Assembly: GCA_045863235.1 (NCBI GenBank)
Contig: BTUM01000013.1
Span: forward strand, 32,001-96,000
DNA from: Candidatus Xenobia bacterium
GTDB lineage: Bacteria; Vulcanimicrobiota; Xenobia; Xenobiales; QWHO01
Direction: 5' to 3'
DNA: 64,000 nt
Each line of letters begins with the position of its first letter. Positions within the stretch are counted from its first letter, which is position 1. This document shows positions 9,661 to 19,950 of this stretch, in pieces. The notes under the pieces were generated by a model. The model ran no database searches. It was not told the DNA's origin and was given only the letters and a program-made list of their open reading frames with translations. A program made the position numbers and the translations under genes.

Positions 9661-10074
9661 ATGGAGTGGGTGCGCCTGTACTTGTTCCCACTGGGACTGA
9701 CTCTGATCGGATGCGTGCTCATGCATCTCGAGCTGGCCCATTACGCCCGCGAACGACGCCGGGGCCGGCAACCCGCCAGGCTCCGGTTTTTTCGGCGAAT
9801 GGCGGGGGCTCTCACCATGATCGCGATCGCCGTCCTGGTTCATCTCGGAGAGGTGGCGCCCGGGCAGGTCCAATCCGTGGATGAAGCGCGGGCCATGCTC
9901 GACCACTGGCTCTGGGTCATGGGGCTGGTCATTCTGGCGATGGTGCTGGCCATCTGGGATGTGCTGGAGGGAGTGCGCAGCCTGCGGCGGTACTTCGAGG
10001 ATATGGAGCAGGAGGAAGTCGCCCGCATTCGCGAGCACCTTTCGGCTGCACAGCGCGAGGTAGACCTGAACTGA
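9661..10074 (+). CDS. Hypothetical membrane protein (3 TM)
   Basis: Three hydrophobic helices; own promoter; coupled to trpF. Confidence 0.7.
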   Translation: MEWVRLYLFPLGLTLIGCVLMHLELAHYARERRRGRQPARLRFFRRMAGALTMIAIAVLVHLGEVAPGQVQSVDEARAMLDHWLWVMGLVILAMVLAIWDVLEGVRSLRRYFEDMEQEEVARIREHLSAAQREVDLN

Positions 10075-10718
10075 AGGTCAAGATCTGCGGCCTGACCGAC
10101 GTTCTATCGGTCCAGATGGCCCTGCGAGCCGGGGCCGCGGCGGTGGGATTCGTGCTCGCCCCCAGCCGACGACAGGTCAGTGTGGAGTTAGCCCGTGAGC
10201 TTGCCAGTCAGGCCGGGGGCGCGGTGCGGGTAGCGGTCCTGGTCAATCCTTCTCCGGCCCAGGTGGAGGAGTGTCTGGAGTTTTGTGAGTTCGTGCAACT
10301 GCACGGCGACGAGTCGCCTGAGTTCTGTCAGGGCTACGCTCCGCGGGTGTGGAAGGCATTTCGGCTCGAGTCGCGAGCTCAGCTCGAGCAGGTAGGAGCC
10401 TATTCAGGCAAAGTGGCTGCCTTCTTGCTGGATGCGGCGCAGCCGGGCGCAGGTGCGCCGTTTGCCTGGGAATGGCTGGCGGGCTGGAGTCGACCTGGAC
10501 CGATCTGGTTGGCCGGGGGACTGACTGCCGACAACGTGGCCCAGGCAGTCAACCTTGTGAGACCTGATGGAGTGGACGTCTCCACCGGGGTCGAAGCCTC
10601 CCCAGGTCGTAAGGACGCCGAGTTGATCCGACGCTTTATGGCCAGAGCCCTCAGCGGGTCGTCTCGTGCAAACCTTCCAGAATCCAGTCCGACACACCGC
10701 CCAGGGGCATCCCCTTGA
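10071..10718 (+). CDS. trpF: Phosphoribosylanthranilate isomerase (probable CTG start)
   Basis: KVKICGLT, VQLHGDES, LAGGL, GVDVSTGVE..PGRKD; the conserved N-terminus lies upstream of the first ATG (10116). Confidence 0.9.
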   Translation: MKVKICGLTDVLSVQMALRAGAAAVGFVLAPSRRQVSVELARELASQAGGAVRVAVLVNPSPAQVEECLEFCEFVQLHGDESPEFCQGYAPRVWKAFRLESRAQLEQVGAYSGKVAAFLLDAAQPGAGAPFAWEWLAGWSRPGPIWLAGGLTADNVAQAVNLVRPDGVDVSTGVEASPGRKDAELIRRFMARALSGSSRANLPESSPTHRPGASP

Positions 10719-12348
10719 GGGTCTTGTCGTAGTGAATGCTGCTGGCGTTGGCGGTGACCACCTGGCCCACGACCGAGCCGAAGACTTCGGTGTTCTTGAG
10801 GGTCACCGTGGTATCTTTTCCGGCTGCCACGAAGGTGCCGCTGCCGCCCTCGACGTTGAATTGGGAGCCGGGATTCAGGGCTGCTGAGCTCGACCCATCG
10901 GCAGCAGCTGTCGTCGCCCCGCCGCGTAATCCACCGGTGGTCGCGGCACCAGATGCGGCGGCGGTGCCGGTTGCGGCCAGAACTTCGGGGGGAACTTCGT
11001 CGGTGAAGTAGATTTGCAGGTCACGCGGATTGAGGTTGTTGATCTTTGTATTCTTAAGATTCATCTGGTAGCCAACGTAGAGGATGACCGGGCCTCCTCC
11101 AGAGTCGATATCGATCTCGGCTCCGTCAGCACTGAAGGTATTGGAGATGTAATAAGTACCTGACTTGAGCTTGACCCGGTCTCCGGGCGGCACGGTTACG
11201 TTCTTGTAGGTGGTGTTGGGGGGAAGCTCGCCGGATGGGGGCGGCGGTGGGGGGGGGGGCGGGCTGTTATTGCCGCCGCCATTGTTCCCCCCTCCGTTGT
11301 TGTTCCCTCCGCCATTGCCGCCTCCGCCACTTCGAGGGAGCGTGGAGGTATCGATGTCGGGGTCGGTCGGAGTCTGCTGATAGGGGGCGCGGAAGCCGGG
11401 CACTACGGTCGGCTCGGCAGCCGTCTTGGTGGTGCCGGTCATGATGCCCCCCTGGAGGCGAACCCGCTCCGGGGTGCCGCTGCCGGTTGCTCCTCCTGCT
11501 GCCAGCCCGGTGGTCCCTCCGGTCGTGGCAGCCCCACTGGTGGCAGCTCCCGAGGTGGCAGAGCCGCCGGTGGTGGAAGCGCCGGCGAAAAGCTCGTTCA
11601 GCTTGGCGACAGGGGACAGCTCGGCGTTCCCGTCCACCCAGACGCCGCTGCCGAGCTCGATGTACCCTGCGCTGGCGACGGTGCCCTCGCCGACAGTCAC
11701 GTTGCCCCCGTTGTTTCCACCTCCCCCGTTGTTTCCGCCACCGCCGTTGTTTCCGCCACCGCCGTTGTTTCCACCACCGCCGCTCCAACTCACTCCGGAG
11801 GGAGCGTTCGAGGGGGGACCCCAGTAGCCTCCGAACGAGTCGTAGCTGTCCGTCCAGCTGCCATTGGCAAGACCGACGAAGAGATCGCCGTAGGCAGCCT
11901 GGTCGAACACCGGCTTGTTCTTCATGGCCAGCCCGGCCATGCCGCCCACGATTTTGGTGCGCGGCCCGCTGCTGCCCACCCGGTAGCCGGTGGAGTCGAT
12001 GTAAGCCGCTCCGCCGGGAACGTCCTTGGAGGTTCCCGGTACGGTTCTCGGGTTGGCTCCCGTGATGTTGCTCCAGACGGCAACCTCATAGCGCAGGCTG
12101 GCGTCCCCCGGCATGGTGCCGTCGAAGGTGTAGGGCCAGCGATCACAGGTGGCCTCGTCGGCCAGCAGGCGAGCCATCGCCTCCTGAATTCCCGAGTAAG
12201 CGATGTAGCGCGCTTCCTTCTTTCCACCCACCTGGGTTGTATTCTGCATGTGGAACACGGTGCTCGAGCCGATGATGGCCACCAGGAGAACCAGAATGGA
12301 GGTGGTCAGGATAGCCACCGCCAGCAGTGAGCCTTTTCTCGACGTCAT
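10651..12348 (-). CDS. PilX/GspK-like minor pilin with Gly/Asn-, Pro- and Thr/Ala-rich inserts and a C-terminal beta-helix-like domain
   Basis: RKG|SLLAV prepilin-like N-terminus lacking Glu5; ARYIAYSGIQEA; low-complexity repeats. Confidence 0.7.
   Translation of the reverse strand: MTSRKGSLLAVAILTTSILVLLVAIIGSSTVFHMQNTTQVGGKKEARYIAYSGIQEAMARLLADEATCDRWPYTFDGTMPGDASLRYEVAVWSNITGANPRTVPGTSKDVPGGAAYIDSTGYRVGSSGPRTKIVGGMAGLAMKNKPVFDQAAYGDLFVGLANGSWTDSYDSFGGYWGPPSNAPSGVSWSGGGGNNGGGGNNGGGGNNGGGGNNGGNVTVGEGTVASAGYIELGSGVWVDGNAELSPVAKLNELFAGASTTGGSATSGAATSGAATTGGTTGLAAGGATGSGTPERVRLQGGIMTGTTKTAAEPTVVPGFRAPYQQTPTDPDIDTSTLPRSGGGGNGGGNNNGGGNNGGGNNSPPPPPPPPPSGELPPNTTYKNVTVPPGDRVKLKSGTYYISNTFSADGAEIDIDSGGGPVILYVGYQMNLKNTKINNLNPRDLQIYFTDEVPPEVLAATGTAAASGAATTGGLRGGATTAAADGSSSAALNPGSQFNVEGGSGTFVAAGKDTTVTLKNTEVFGSVVGQVVTANASSIHYDKTLKGMPLGGVSDWILEGLHETTR
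11702..11782 (-). repeat. Imperfect 18-nt tandem repeat encoding (GGGGNN)x4
   Basis: CCGCCGTTGTTTCCGCCA-type units read directly from the sequence. Confidence 0.9.
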
Positions 12349-12373
12349 TCTTCGCTTACTCACGGGCCACACC

Positions 12374-13060
12374 TCAGTTCTTGGGGGTCACTTTGGTTTC
12401 GAGCTCGACTTTGAACTGGTAACGATCATACACCGAGGCTTCGATGAGGATCGGGAGCGGGAAGCTCTGGGTCGACTCGAGTCGGGAGATATTGCGAGCT
12501 ACAATTCTGGCCTTGTTGCCAGCTGTGCTGCGAAAATACTCGGCGTCCCAGGCGGTGGAGATGGGCGGAGGAAAGGCGCCATTGCCGGTACCGGGGAAGT
12601 CCGTCAGCGGCCTTTCCGTGCGCATCAAGCATGGAACATCGTTGATCACATCTAAATAGTAGCACACGAATTTGCTCCACTGAAGCTTGGTGTCGGAATA
12701 GTTGACCTGGCCGGTCTGGTCTCGGGGGGAGCCGAACACGATCCCGATGGTGGGTGGGTTCATGTCGGTCAGCATGCTGCCAGGATTCGATTCCACCAAC
12801 TCGTTGGTGAGGGCCGACATGGCGATCAGGGCGCTCTGTTGCACGTCGATGGTCGCGCTCTGGGTTCGGTAGTAGTTGATCCCGTACATCAAGATGGTGT
12901 GAATGGTCATCATGATGAGGCCGAGCAGAAACGTCGCCACCAACATCTCGAACATGCTGGTGCCGCGTGAAGGTCCAAAAGCGCGGCCCGAAACCCACCT
13001 GACACCGTTCTTAGCCCGCGCGGGATAGCAGCGACTCAATGCGAACCTCCCGCAGCTCAT
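12374..13060 (-). CDS. PilW-like minor type IV pilin (start uncertain, probably near 13000)
   Basis: SRG|TSMFEMLVA prepilin motif with Glu5 and hydrophobic helix. Confidence 0.7.
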   Translation of the reverse strand: MSCGRFALSRCYPARAKNGVRWVSGRAFGPSRGTSMFEMLVATFLLGLIMMTIHTILMYGINYYRTQSATIDVQQSALIAMSALTNELVESNPGSMLTDMNPPTIGIVFGSPRDQTGQVNYSDTKLQWSKFVCYYLDVINDVPCLMRTERPLTDFPGTGNGAFPPPISTAWDAEYFRSTAGNKARIVARNISRLESTQSFPLPILIEASVYDRYQFKVELETKVTPKN

Positions 13061-13427
13061 TGGACTCGGTCCAGGTGACGCGCACCTCGATTGACTTGCG
13101 GTCAGGATCGATGTCGGTGACTTTGATGTGGTAGTGGTAAATGAAAGTGTTCTCGTAGCCTCGCAGGGTGGTCTTCATGTACAGCTCTTTTTCCGTGTCC
13201 GGGTCGCCGGTGTTATCCATCCCGTCCACCCCGAAGAAGCCGCGGGCCAGGCACTCTTCCATCTGGCGCTCGGCCAGAAAGTTTCCGGCCATCCGGGTGC
13301 GGGCCTTGGCAACCGAGCGCGCGTGGGTGATCCAGACGCTCATCAGGCTCAGCATGATGGTGGAGAAGATCAAGCTGGTGACCATAATCTCCAGGAAGTT
13401 ATAGCCACGCCGCCGATCCCGGAACAT
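13011..13427 (-). CDS. PilV-like minor type IV pilin
   Basis: RRRG|YNFLEIMV prepilin motif; LAERQME; IEVRVTW. Confidence 0.8.
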   Translation of the reverse strand: MFRDRRRGYNFLEIMVTSLIFSTIMLSLMSVWITHARSVAKARTRMAGNFLAERQMEECLARGFFGVDGMDNTGDPDTEKELYMKTTLRGYENTFIYHYHIKVTDIDPDRKSIEVRVTWTESNELREVRIESLLSRAG

Positions 13428-13433
13428 ACTCAA

Positions 13434-13462
13434 AGTGTAGCATACGGTCCGAAAGCCTTCAA
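13434..13462 (-). promoter_or_regulatory. Sigma70 promoter of the pilin operon (leaderless)
   Basis: TTGAAG-17 nt-TACACT (TG extension)-6 nt-ATG(13427). Confidence 0.7.
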
Positions 13463-13502
13463 TGGAAGAAGGCACTGCTGGTCTTGAAGCGAAACCGCTT
13501 CA

Positions 13503-14708
13503 ATGCAGTTACCCGTTGGCCCCATGCGCTCCCAGCTGGCCGACTCCCGGGGCCGATTCGGTGCTTACGGTGGGCGGTTTGTTCCCGAGACTCTCATCAC
13601 TGCGCTCCAGGAGCTTGAGGCGGGTTATGCCCGGGCCTGCGCCGACGAGTCTTTCTGGAGCGAGCTGTCCGCCCACTTGAGCCTGTTTGCCGGCCGTCCG
13701 ACCCCCCTTTACCCGGCCGAGCGGCTCACTGCCCACTGGGGCGGAGCGCGCGTCTGGCTCAAACGCGAAGACCTGAATCACACCGGCTCGCACAAGCTGA
13801 ACAACTGTCTGGGGCAGGCGTTGTTGGCTCGTCGCATGGGGAAGCGCCGCATCGTTGCCGAGACAGGCGCGGGCCAGCACGGCGTCGCCACCGCGACCGT
13901 TTGCGCCCGGTTTGGCCTGGAGTGCGTGGTCTACATGGGGGCCGAGGATGTGCGTCGTCAGGCTCTTAATGTCTACCGCATGCAGCTTCTGGGGGCCAGG
14001 GTCGTGAGCGTCGAATCGGGCTCGCGCACCCTCAAGGATGCCACCAACGAAGCCATGCGCGACTGGGTGGCCACGGTCGATGACACCCACTACATTCTGG
14101 GCTCGGTGGTCGGGCCTCATCCCTTCCCTACGCTGGTGCGCGACTTCCAGGCGGTGATCGGACGCGAGGCGTCCACCCAGCTCGGTCGGCCGCCCGCGGT
14201 GGTGGTGGCTTGCGTGGGCGGGGGGTCCAATGCGGCTGGGATGTTCGCCCACTTCGTCGACCAGAGCGGAGTGCGCCTGGTGGGGGTGGAGGCCGGCGGC
14301 GTCGGCACCGGTCCAGGCCAGCACGCCGCTTCGCTCAGCTCGGGCGAGCCCGGAATCCTGCACGGAGCGCTCACCTACCTGCTGCAGGATGCTCAGGGGC
14401 AGGTGCTGGCCACTCATTCGGTGTCGGCCGGCCTGGATTATCCCGGGGTGGGCCCTCAGCACAGCTTCTGGAAAGACAGCCGGCGGGTGGAGTATGTGGC
14501 GGTTTCCGATCGGGAGGCCCTGGACGCCTTCTTGCTGTTGTGCAGGCTGGAGGGCATCGTGCCCGCTCTCGAGTCCGCTCACGCCCTGGCCTGGTGCCAG
14601 CGCGAGGCTTCCTCAATGAGTCCGGATCAGGACTTGCTGGTCTGCCTGTCGGGCAGAGGCGACAAGGACGTTGCCGAAGTGCAGCGGTTGCTGGGAGATG
14701 AGCAATGA
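13503..14708 (+). CDS. trpB: Tryptophan synthase beta chain
   Basis: [43 protein letters not shown]. Confidence 0.97.
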   Translation: MQLPVGPMRSQLADSRGRFGAYGGRFVPETLITALQELEAGYARACADESFWSELSAHLSLFAGRPTPLYPAERLTAHWGGARVWLKREDLNHTGSHKLNNCLGQALLARRMGKRRIVAETGAGQHGVATATVCARFGLECVVYMGAEDVRRQALNVYRMQLLGARVVSVESGSRTLKDATNEAMRDWVATVDDTHYILGSVVGPHPFPTLVRDFQAVIGREASTQLGRPPAVVVACVGGGSNAAGMFAHFVDQSGVRLVGVEAGGVGTGPGQHAASLSSGEPGILHGALTYLLQDAQGQVLATHSVSAGLDYPGVGPQHSFWKDSRRVEYVAVSDREALDAFLLLCRLEGIVPALESAHALAWCQREASSMSPDQDLLVCLSGRGDKDVAEVQRLLGDEQ

Positions 14709-15439
14709 TCAGCCTGCCGGAGCGGTCGGTGATCCCCTACCTAACGGCCGGCTGGCCTGCTGAGCAGGCCTTTCTGGAGGCGGCCGCAGCGGCCGGTCGG
14801 GCGGGCTGCCCCCTGTTCGAGGTCGGCATCCCCTTCAGCGACCCGGTGGCCGACGGACCGACCATCCAGCGGGCTTCGCAACAGGCGCTGGAGAGCGGTG
14901 TAACGGTCGAGCGCTCGCTCGAGTTGATCCGCCGGGCGGTGGAGTTGAGTGGAATTCCGGCCGTGGCCATGACCTACGCCAATCTGGTCTATCGGCGAGG
15001 ATACGAGAAGTTCTGCCAGGACCTGGCGGCGGCCGGTGGGGTGGGGCTGATCGTGCCCGATCTGCCCCTGGAGGAGTCCGACGAACTCGAGGGGGCCAGT
15101 CAGAAGGCAGGGATCGACCTGATCCAACTGGCGACCCCTACGACTCCCGTTCAGCGGCTGGAGCTTCTGGGCCGGCGCAGTCGGGGTTTTCTCTATCTGG
15201 TTTCGGTGCGAGGGGTGACCGGCAGTCGAGGTCAGTTGGCCGAGAATCTGGATGAGCTGATCGCCCGGGCGGTGGCCAGCTCCAGGGTGCCGGTCTGCGT
15301 GGGTTTTGGCATCTCGACTCCCGACCAGGTGCGTCAGGTCACCCGGCAGGCCCGCGGCGTCATCGTTGGGAGCGCTCTGCTCGAGAGGTTGGAGCGGGGT
15401 GAGGATGTGGAAGCTTACTTGCGAGGATTGACATGCTGA
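14705..15439 (+). CDS. trpA: Tryptophan synthase alpha chain
   Basis: [31 protein letters not shown] overlap with trpB. Confidence 0.96.
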   Translation: MISLPERSVIPYLTAGWPAEQAFLEAAAAAGRAGCPLFEVGIPFSDPVADGPTIQRASQQALESGVTVERSLELIRRAVELSGIPAVAMTYANLVYRRGYEKFCQDLAAAGGVGLIVPDLPLEESDELEGASQKAGIDLIQLATPTTPVQRLELLGRRSRGFLYLVSVRGVTGSRGQLAENLDELIARAVASSRVPVCVGFGISTPDQVRQVTRQARGVIVGSALLERLERGEDVEAYLRGLTC

Positions 15440-16458
15440 TCGTAGTGATGGAGAAGCACGCCCCCGTGCGCCAGATCGGCGCGGTTCTCAAAGAGATCGA
15501 GGGGCTGGGGTTGCAGCCGCACCTGTCTCGGGGCGAGCACCAGACGGTCATCGGCTGCATGCTGAGCGGCGAGGCCGAGCCCGTCAAGTCGCGTCTGGGC
15601 ACCATGGAGGGGGTGGAGCGGGTCTTTCCGGCCAGTCGACCCTACCGCCTGGCCAGCCGTGAGTTTCGGCCCGAGGACAGTCTGTTTCACATCAGTGGAG
15701 TTCCGGTGGGGAGCTCTCGTCTGGCCATGATGGCCGGGCCGTGCGCGGTGGAAAGCCATGCCCAGTTGATGGCCGTGGCCGAGGTATTGACCGCCAGCAA
15801 GGTCCCCTTCCTGCGAGGTGGAGCCTACAAGCCGCGCAGCTCTCCCTACAGCTTCCAGGGCCTGGGTCCCAAAGGCCTGGAGCTGCTGGCCGAGGTGAAG
15901 AGTCGCACCGGCCTTCGCATCGTGACCGAGTGCCTCACCACCGGCGACGTCGAGCTGGTGGCGCGTTATGCGGACGTGATTCAGGTGGGCGCTCGCAACA
16001 TGCAGAACTTTGCCCTCCTGCAAGAGCTGGGTCGGTGCCGGGTGCCTGTGCTGCTCAAGCGGGGGATGATGAACTCGCTGGAAGAGCTCTTGATGTCGGC
16101 CGAGTACATCTTGTCCAAAGGAAACTCTCAGGTCATGCTCTGCGAGCGAGGCATTCGCACCTTCGAGCAGGCCACTCGCAACACTCTGGACATCAGCGCC
16201 GTTCCGGTTCTCAAACGGCTCACCCACCTTCCGGTCATCGTTGACCCCTCCCACGCCGCAGGCGACCGCGCTCTGGTGCCGTCGCTGGCCCTGGCGGCCG
16301 TCGCCGCCGGAGCCGATGGGTTGATCGTGGAGACCCATCCCGATCCCGACCGGTCAGTTTCGGATGCCGCGCAGGCACTCAGCCTCCAGGCTTTCGCCGA
16401 GCTGATGCAGCGCTCCGAGGAGGTAGCAAAGGCGGTAGGTCGCTCGTTTTACAATTAG
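15433..16458 (+). CDS. aroF: DAHP synthase, type I-beta with N-terminal ferredoxin-like regulatory domain
   Basis: [45 protein letters not shown]. Confidence 0.95.
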   Translation: MLIVVMEKHAPVRQIGAVLKEIEGLGLQPHLSRGEHQTVIGCMLSGEAEPVKSRLGTMEGVERVFPASRPYRLASREFRPEDSLFHISGVPVGSSRLAMMAGPCAVESHAQLMAVAEVLTASKVPFLRGGAYKPRSSPYSFQGLGPKGLELLAEVKSRTGLRIVTECLTTGDVELVARYADVIQVGARNMQNFALLQELGRCRVPVLLKRGMMNSLEELLMSAEYILSKGNSQVMLCERGIRTFEQATRNTLDISAVPVLKRLTHLPVIVDPSHAAGDRALVPSLALAAVAAGADGLIVETHPDPDRSVSDAAQALSLQAFAELMQRSEEVAKAVGRSFYN

Positions 16459-16463
16459 TTAAC
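16451..16463 (+). repeat. Left att core ACAATTAGTTAAC (includes the aroF stop codon)
   Basis: Identical to 27249-27261. Confidence 0.85.
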
Positions 16464-16499
16464 CGATGTCTGCCCGTCGAACGACGATTCTACGCCACT

Positions 16500-17698
16500 T
16501 CAGACCTGTTGGGACTCTTTCAAGTGTACCTCCTGTGTACCAACACGGGAAACACCGGTGGCTTTGCGGATTGTGGCATCGAACACCAGGCAATCCATTG
16601 TAGCTGCAGCATCTTCTTGCATGGTTGGCAGCACGTGGGAGTAGCAGTCGAGGGTGATCACCACGCTGGCGTGCCCAAGCCGCTCCGCCACCACTTTCGG
16701 GTTGAAGCCCGCCAGGAGCAGGCTGCATGGGTGTGGCGCAATGTGTAGAGCCGCATTTCCCTTAGCCCGACGCGCTTGAGCAGGCGCTTGAAGCGCTGGT
16801 CGAGCGAGTCTCTCCAGTGGAAGCCGCCGGTCGGGTTGGGGAAGAGCAGGTTGTGGTCGGTCCACTTCGGGCCGGCCTGCAGGCGCAGCTCGGCCAGGTG
16901 GGCGCGGTGGGCACGCAGCCTGCGCACCAGCTCGGAGCCCAGCTGGAGCCGACGGTTGCCGGCCGGGGTCTTCACCTCGTCCACCTCGAGCCGCCAGGTC
17001 TCCCCTTCCTGGCGCCGGATCAGGTTGCGGGTGACCTGGAGCGCCGAGCCCTGCCAGTCGACCTGGTCCCATTGGCAGGCCAGCAGCTCGCCCGGCCGCA
17101 TGCCGGTCGAGACGGCGAAGACCAGGAAGAACCACCAGAAAGGCTCGGAGCTGGCCGCCTCGAGCACGCGCTCGAGCTCGTGGGGCTCGAGCACCGTCAC
17201 CACCCTCCGCCTGCGTCGGGGCAGCTCGAGCCCCTGAGACGGGTTCCCCGCCAGGAAGCCCCAGCGCACCGCCTGGTTCAGGGCAGAGCGGAGCACCCGG
17301 TGGATCAGGGCGATGGTGGCGGGCGAGCGACCCTCCTGCTCGAGCGCGAGGTAGAGCTCCTGCACCTGCCCGCGTTGCAGCCGGTCGAGGCGCAGGGGCC
17401 CGAGCCGGGGCCGCACGTAGAGCTCGAGCATCCGCCGGTAGTGGTCCGCTGTCTGGGGCTTCACGCTCTTACAAGTCTCGAGCCACTGGTCGAGGTACTG
17501 GTCGAGCGACTTTCGGGCTGGCTCCACCAGCTGGCCGAGGTCGCGGTCGCGCAGCACCTGGTTGAGGTAGCGCTCGGCGTCTTTCTTCGTGCCGTGGATG
17601 GTCTTGTTGTGGTTGAGCCGCTTGCCGGCGTGGTTGCGACCGAGGTAGACGCGCACCAGCCAGGTCTTCTCGCCTCGCTTGATGATGCTGCCGGCCAC
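16500..17698 (-). pseudogene. Tyrosine recombinase/integrase with a one-base frameshift near 16725
   Basis: TGMRPGE and LRHTHA in one frame; SLLLAGFNPKVVAERLGH...YSH in the next frame. Confidence 0.88.
16524..16543 (+). promoter_or_regulatory. Putative integrase arm-binding sites (GTGTACC x2)
   Basis: CCTGTGTACCAA at 16532-16543 recurs at 27124-27135. Confidence 0.65.
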
Positions 17699-17700
17699 GG

Positions 17701-18192
17701 CTACACGCCCAAGATGAGAGGGGCTCCAAAGCTACGGAGCATCTCAAACGTATTCAGGAACTGAACATTGAAGGCAATGCAGACATCGGGGAGCTTGACA
17801 TTGTTCTTGCTTTCTGGCGCTGGTGTTTCCAATGTAACAACAATGCGACCATGGATGACAGCGTATGCGACTAACCAACCGTCCGCCCCCTGGAAGAACT
17901 TGGTCTTCGCAGACTGCTTGAACCGTGGTTGAGATTCTACCCAACGAGCCACCTCTGAATAGGCAATCTGCACCTCGGGGCTGTCAGTCGACAGGAAGGC
18001 TGTGGGCGGAGCCACATGTTCGACCCAGTGCCTGATCTCATCGTTTCCAAGTCGTAGCTCATCTCTTACTCGATCGATGCTGCTGAAAGGAAGCTTGACG
18101 AGGGCATCCCAGAAGCCCGGGCAGATGTCAAAGCCATAGTAGCGGTTTTTTGCCTCGATGAATACGTTGGCATCCAAGAGGAAGTCACTCAC
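17701..18192 (-). CDS. DUF4411-type PIN-domain protein (putative toxin)
   Basis: FLLDANVFIEAKNRYYGFDICPGFWD, ADGWLVAYA, KLPDVC. Confidence 0.85.
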   Translation of the reverse strand: MSDFLLDANVFIEAKNRYYGFDICPGFWDALVKLPFSSIDRVRDELRLGNDEIRHWVEHVAPPTAFLSTDSPEVQIAYSEVARWVESQPRFKQSAKTKFFQGADGWLVAYAVIHGRIVVTLETPAPESKNNVKLPDVCIAFNVQFLNTFEMLRSFGAPLILGV

Positions 18193-19325
18193 GGCGTGAG
18201 CCGATCAGCGAGTTTCTGGAAGGCGGCTCCCTGGAGCCCAACCAGAGAGTAGGCTTCACGATAGAGCAGTCGTCCTTCTTTTGCCGCTCTAACAACAGTC
18301 CTGGCAAAGCGATCTCCCACGCGATAGGTTTGCACCTTCCAGAAGTCGCCTCCGGCGCTCTCCGTTCCGCCAGAGCTGTCCGAAAGATGGGCGCGGTAGA
18401 ACGCAAGAAACTCATCTCGCGAGATAAAACCCAGGTCAAGAGCACGACGAGCTACCACCAGCTGGCTGACCTTGAAGCGCCGGGCGAGCTGCAAGAACCG
18501 GCGGGAGCTTGTGAAATTGGCTCGCCAAACCGGCTCGAATTCCGCTTGAGGAACCAGGAACTCCGCTGCAACTCGGTTACAGAACAGCTCCGCACGGTCC
18601 TGCGTGGGCATCAGGTGATGAAGGTCAAAAATACCACTCAGGTCCAGCCAGAGATGCGCCAGCTCGTGCGCCATGGTGAACATCTGCGCAGCTTTCGCAT
18701 CTGCGCCGTTGACAAAGATAAGTGGCGCCAGGTCGTCACTCAGAACGAAGCCTCTGAACTCCTCGGGGTCGAGCGGACGGTGCGTGTTGTTTCCTACCAC
18801 GCCGTTAATGAACACGAGAATCCCAGCGTCTTCGATGTGCTCACGCAGCAGCCCCCGAGCTTGTTCCCAGGTCGCGACCTGTTCGGCCCAACCCCCTTCC
18901 AAACCCAGCGTCGTTCTTATCCTTGCGGCCACACTCTCGGGGGCGTCTTCCAGGGATGCCGAGCCAACGAAGTCGAGAGGCTCTCCCCCTTCCTCCTGAA
19001 GATACTCGCGCATCCACGCCTGCCGACGCTCCATCGTCTGCACTGTTTCTAACAGATCGGGGCTTGGTCGACTGACCGGCTTGTCTCGAATCGTGCGGAA
19101 GTCGGGAACCGGTAGTGTCTCGACGGGTGGACTATCTAAGAATAGGTATCCGAATGGGGTGGAGGTCAACCGTGCAAAATTCTCGAGCTGCTTCAGCGTA
19201 GGCTTGGATTCCCCACGCTCCCAATCCGGGTAGCGTGGAAACCTGGCGGCAACCTCATCCAGAGCAAGGCACGCACGCTCGCGGGCCCACCTCAAGAGAT
19301 TGGGCGCAACAGTGACACGGCTCAC
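18189..19325 (-). CDS. Xre HTH fused to ImmA/IrrE-family Zn metallopeptidase
   Basis: LLRWARER..., WERGESKPTLKQL, LPVPDFRT, FTMAHELAH, ELFCNRVAAEFLVP. Confidence 0.92.
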   Translation of the reverse strand: MSRVTVAPNLLRWARERACLALDEVAARFPRYPDWERGESKPTLKQLENFARLTSTPFGYLFLDSPPVETLPVPDFRTIRDKPVSRPSPDLLETVQTMERRQAWMREYLQEEGGEPLDFVGSASLEDAPESVAARIRTTLGLEGGWAEQVATWEQARGLLREHIEDAGILVFINGVVGNNTHRPLDPEEFRGFVLSDDLAPLIFVNGADAKAAQMFTMAHELAHLWLDLSGIFDLHHLMPTQDRAELFCNRVAAEFLVPQAEFEPVWRANFTSSRRFLQLARRFKVSQLVVARRALDLGFISRDEFLAFYRAHLSDSSGGTESAGGDFWKVQTYRVGDRFARTVVRAAKEGRLLYREAYSLVGLQGAAFQKLADRLTP

Positions 19326-19514
19326 GATACCTCCTACCGGAAAATAGTGAACATTTGTCCACCTCTCCCTTCCGGCTTGCCCATCGGGATACCTTCCATG
19401 TGCCGGGCTCCCATCCTACCAGGTCGGCCCCAACGCTCGCTCGAATTATCAGGGCATGCAAGAGCCGGTGCGCCTGGAGTTTCTCTGTGAATTGGCTGAC
19501 GAAGTCGTTGGCGC

Positions 19515-19904
19515 CTACGACCAGTATTCCGCAGCATTGTGCCGTTCGCCGCGGTGACCGACTGCGCGCTCGACCTGCCTCAGCCCTTGCGTCAGGGCCT
19601 GCATCTCTTGTCGCATCGAGCGCATTTCGAGCAGCAACTCGGTGAGCAGTTGGTCGGTCAGGCCCTCGACGGGCGGCGGATTCTCCCGCGCTGGAACGCT
19701 ATGACGGCCCGCCAAGCCCATAAAGACTGAAGAGGGAAGCCCCAACAGGTGATTCAGCCCTCGAATGTTCTCGATGCTAGGCCTACGCCTCTCAGCCTCC
19801 CAGTCTTTGACCGACTGCTTGGAGACGTCTAGTGCCTCTGCGAGAGACTCCATTGTGTAGCCGCACTGCAGACGTGCTTGCTTTATAGCTGGTCCATAGC
19901 TCAT
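19515..19904 (-). CDS. Xre-family repressor
   Basis: IKQARLQCGYTMESLAEALDVSKQSVKDWEAERRRP HTH. Confidence 0.85.
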   Translation of the reverse strand: MSYGPAIKQARLQCGYTMESLAEALDVSKQSVKDWEAERRRPSIENIRGLNHLLGLPSSVFMGLAGRHSVPARENPPPVEGLTDQLLTELLLEMRSMRQEMQALTQGLRQVERAVGHRGERHNAAEYWS

Positions 19905-19910
19905 GGTTCT

Positions 19911-19950
19911 ACACTAAAGTAGCAACCTGCTACCCACTTGACAGGTAGCA
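19911..19950. promoter_or_regulatory. Phage-type genetic switch remnant
   Basis: Palindrome GTAGCA-ACC-TGCTAC (19919-19933); minus-strand -10 TAGTGT 6 nt before the repressor ATG; plus-strand TTGACA (19938-19943) followed by a half-site GTAGCA. Confidence 0.6.

Noticed and set aside
11702..11782. Tandem repeats as a possible CRISPR array (also 21515-21681 and 24967-25148)
   Set aside because: No unique spacers, in-frame within coding sequence, no cas genes
16459..16500. tRNA or tmRNA as integration target
   Set aside because: No cloverleaf or T-loop/CCA signature at either end; the duplicated core lies in the aroF 3' end
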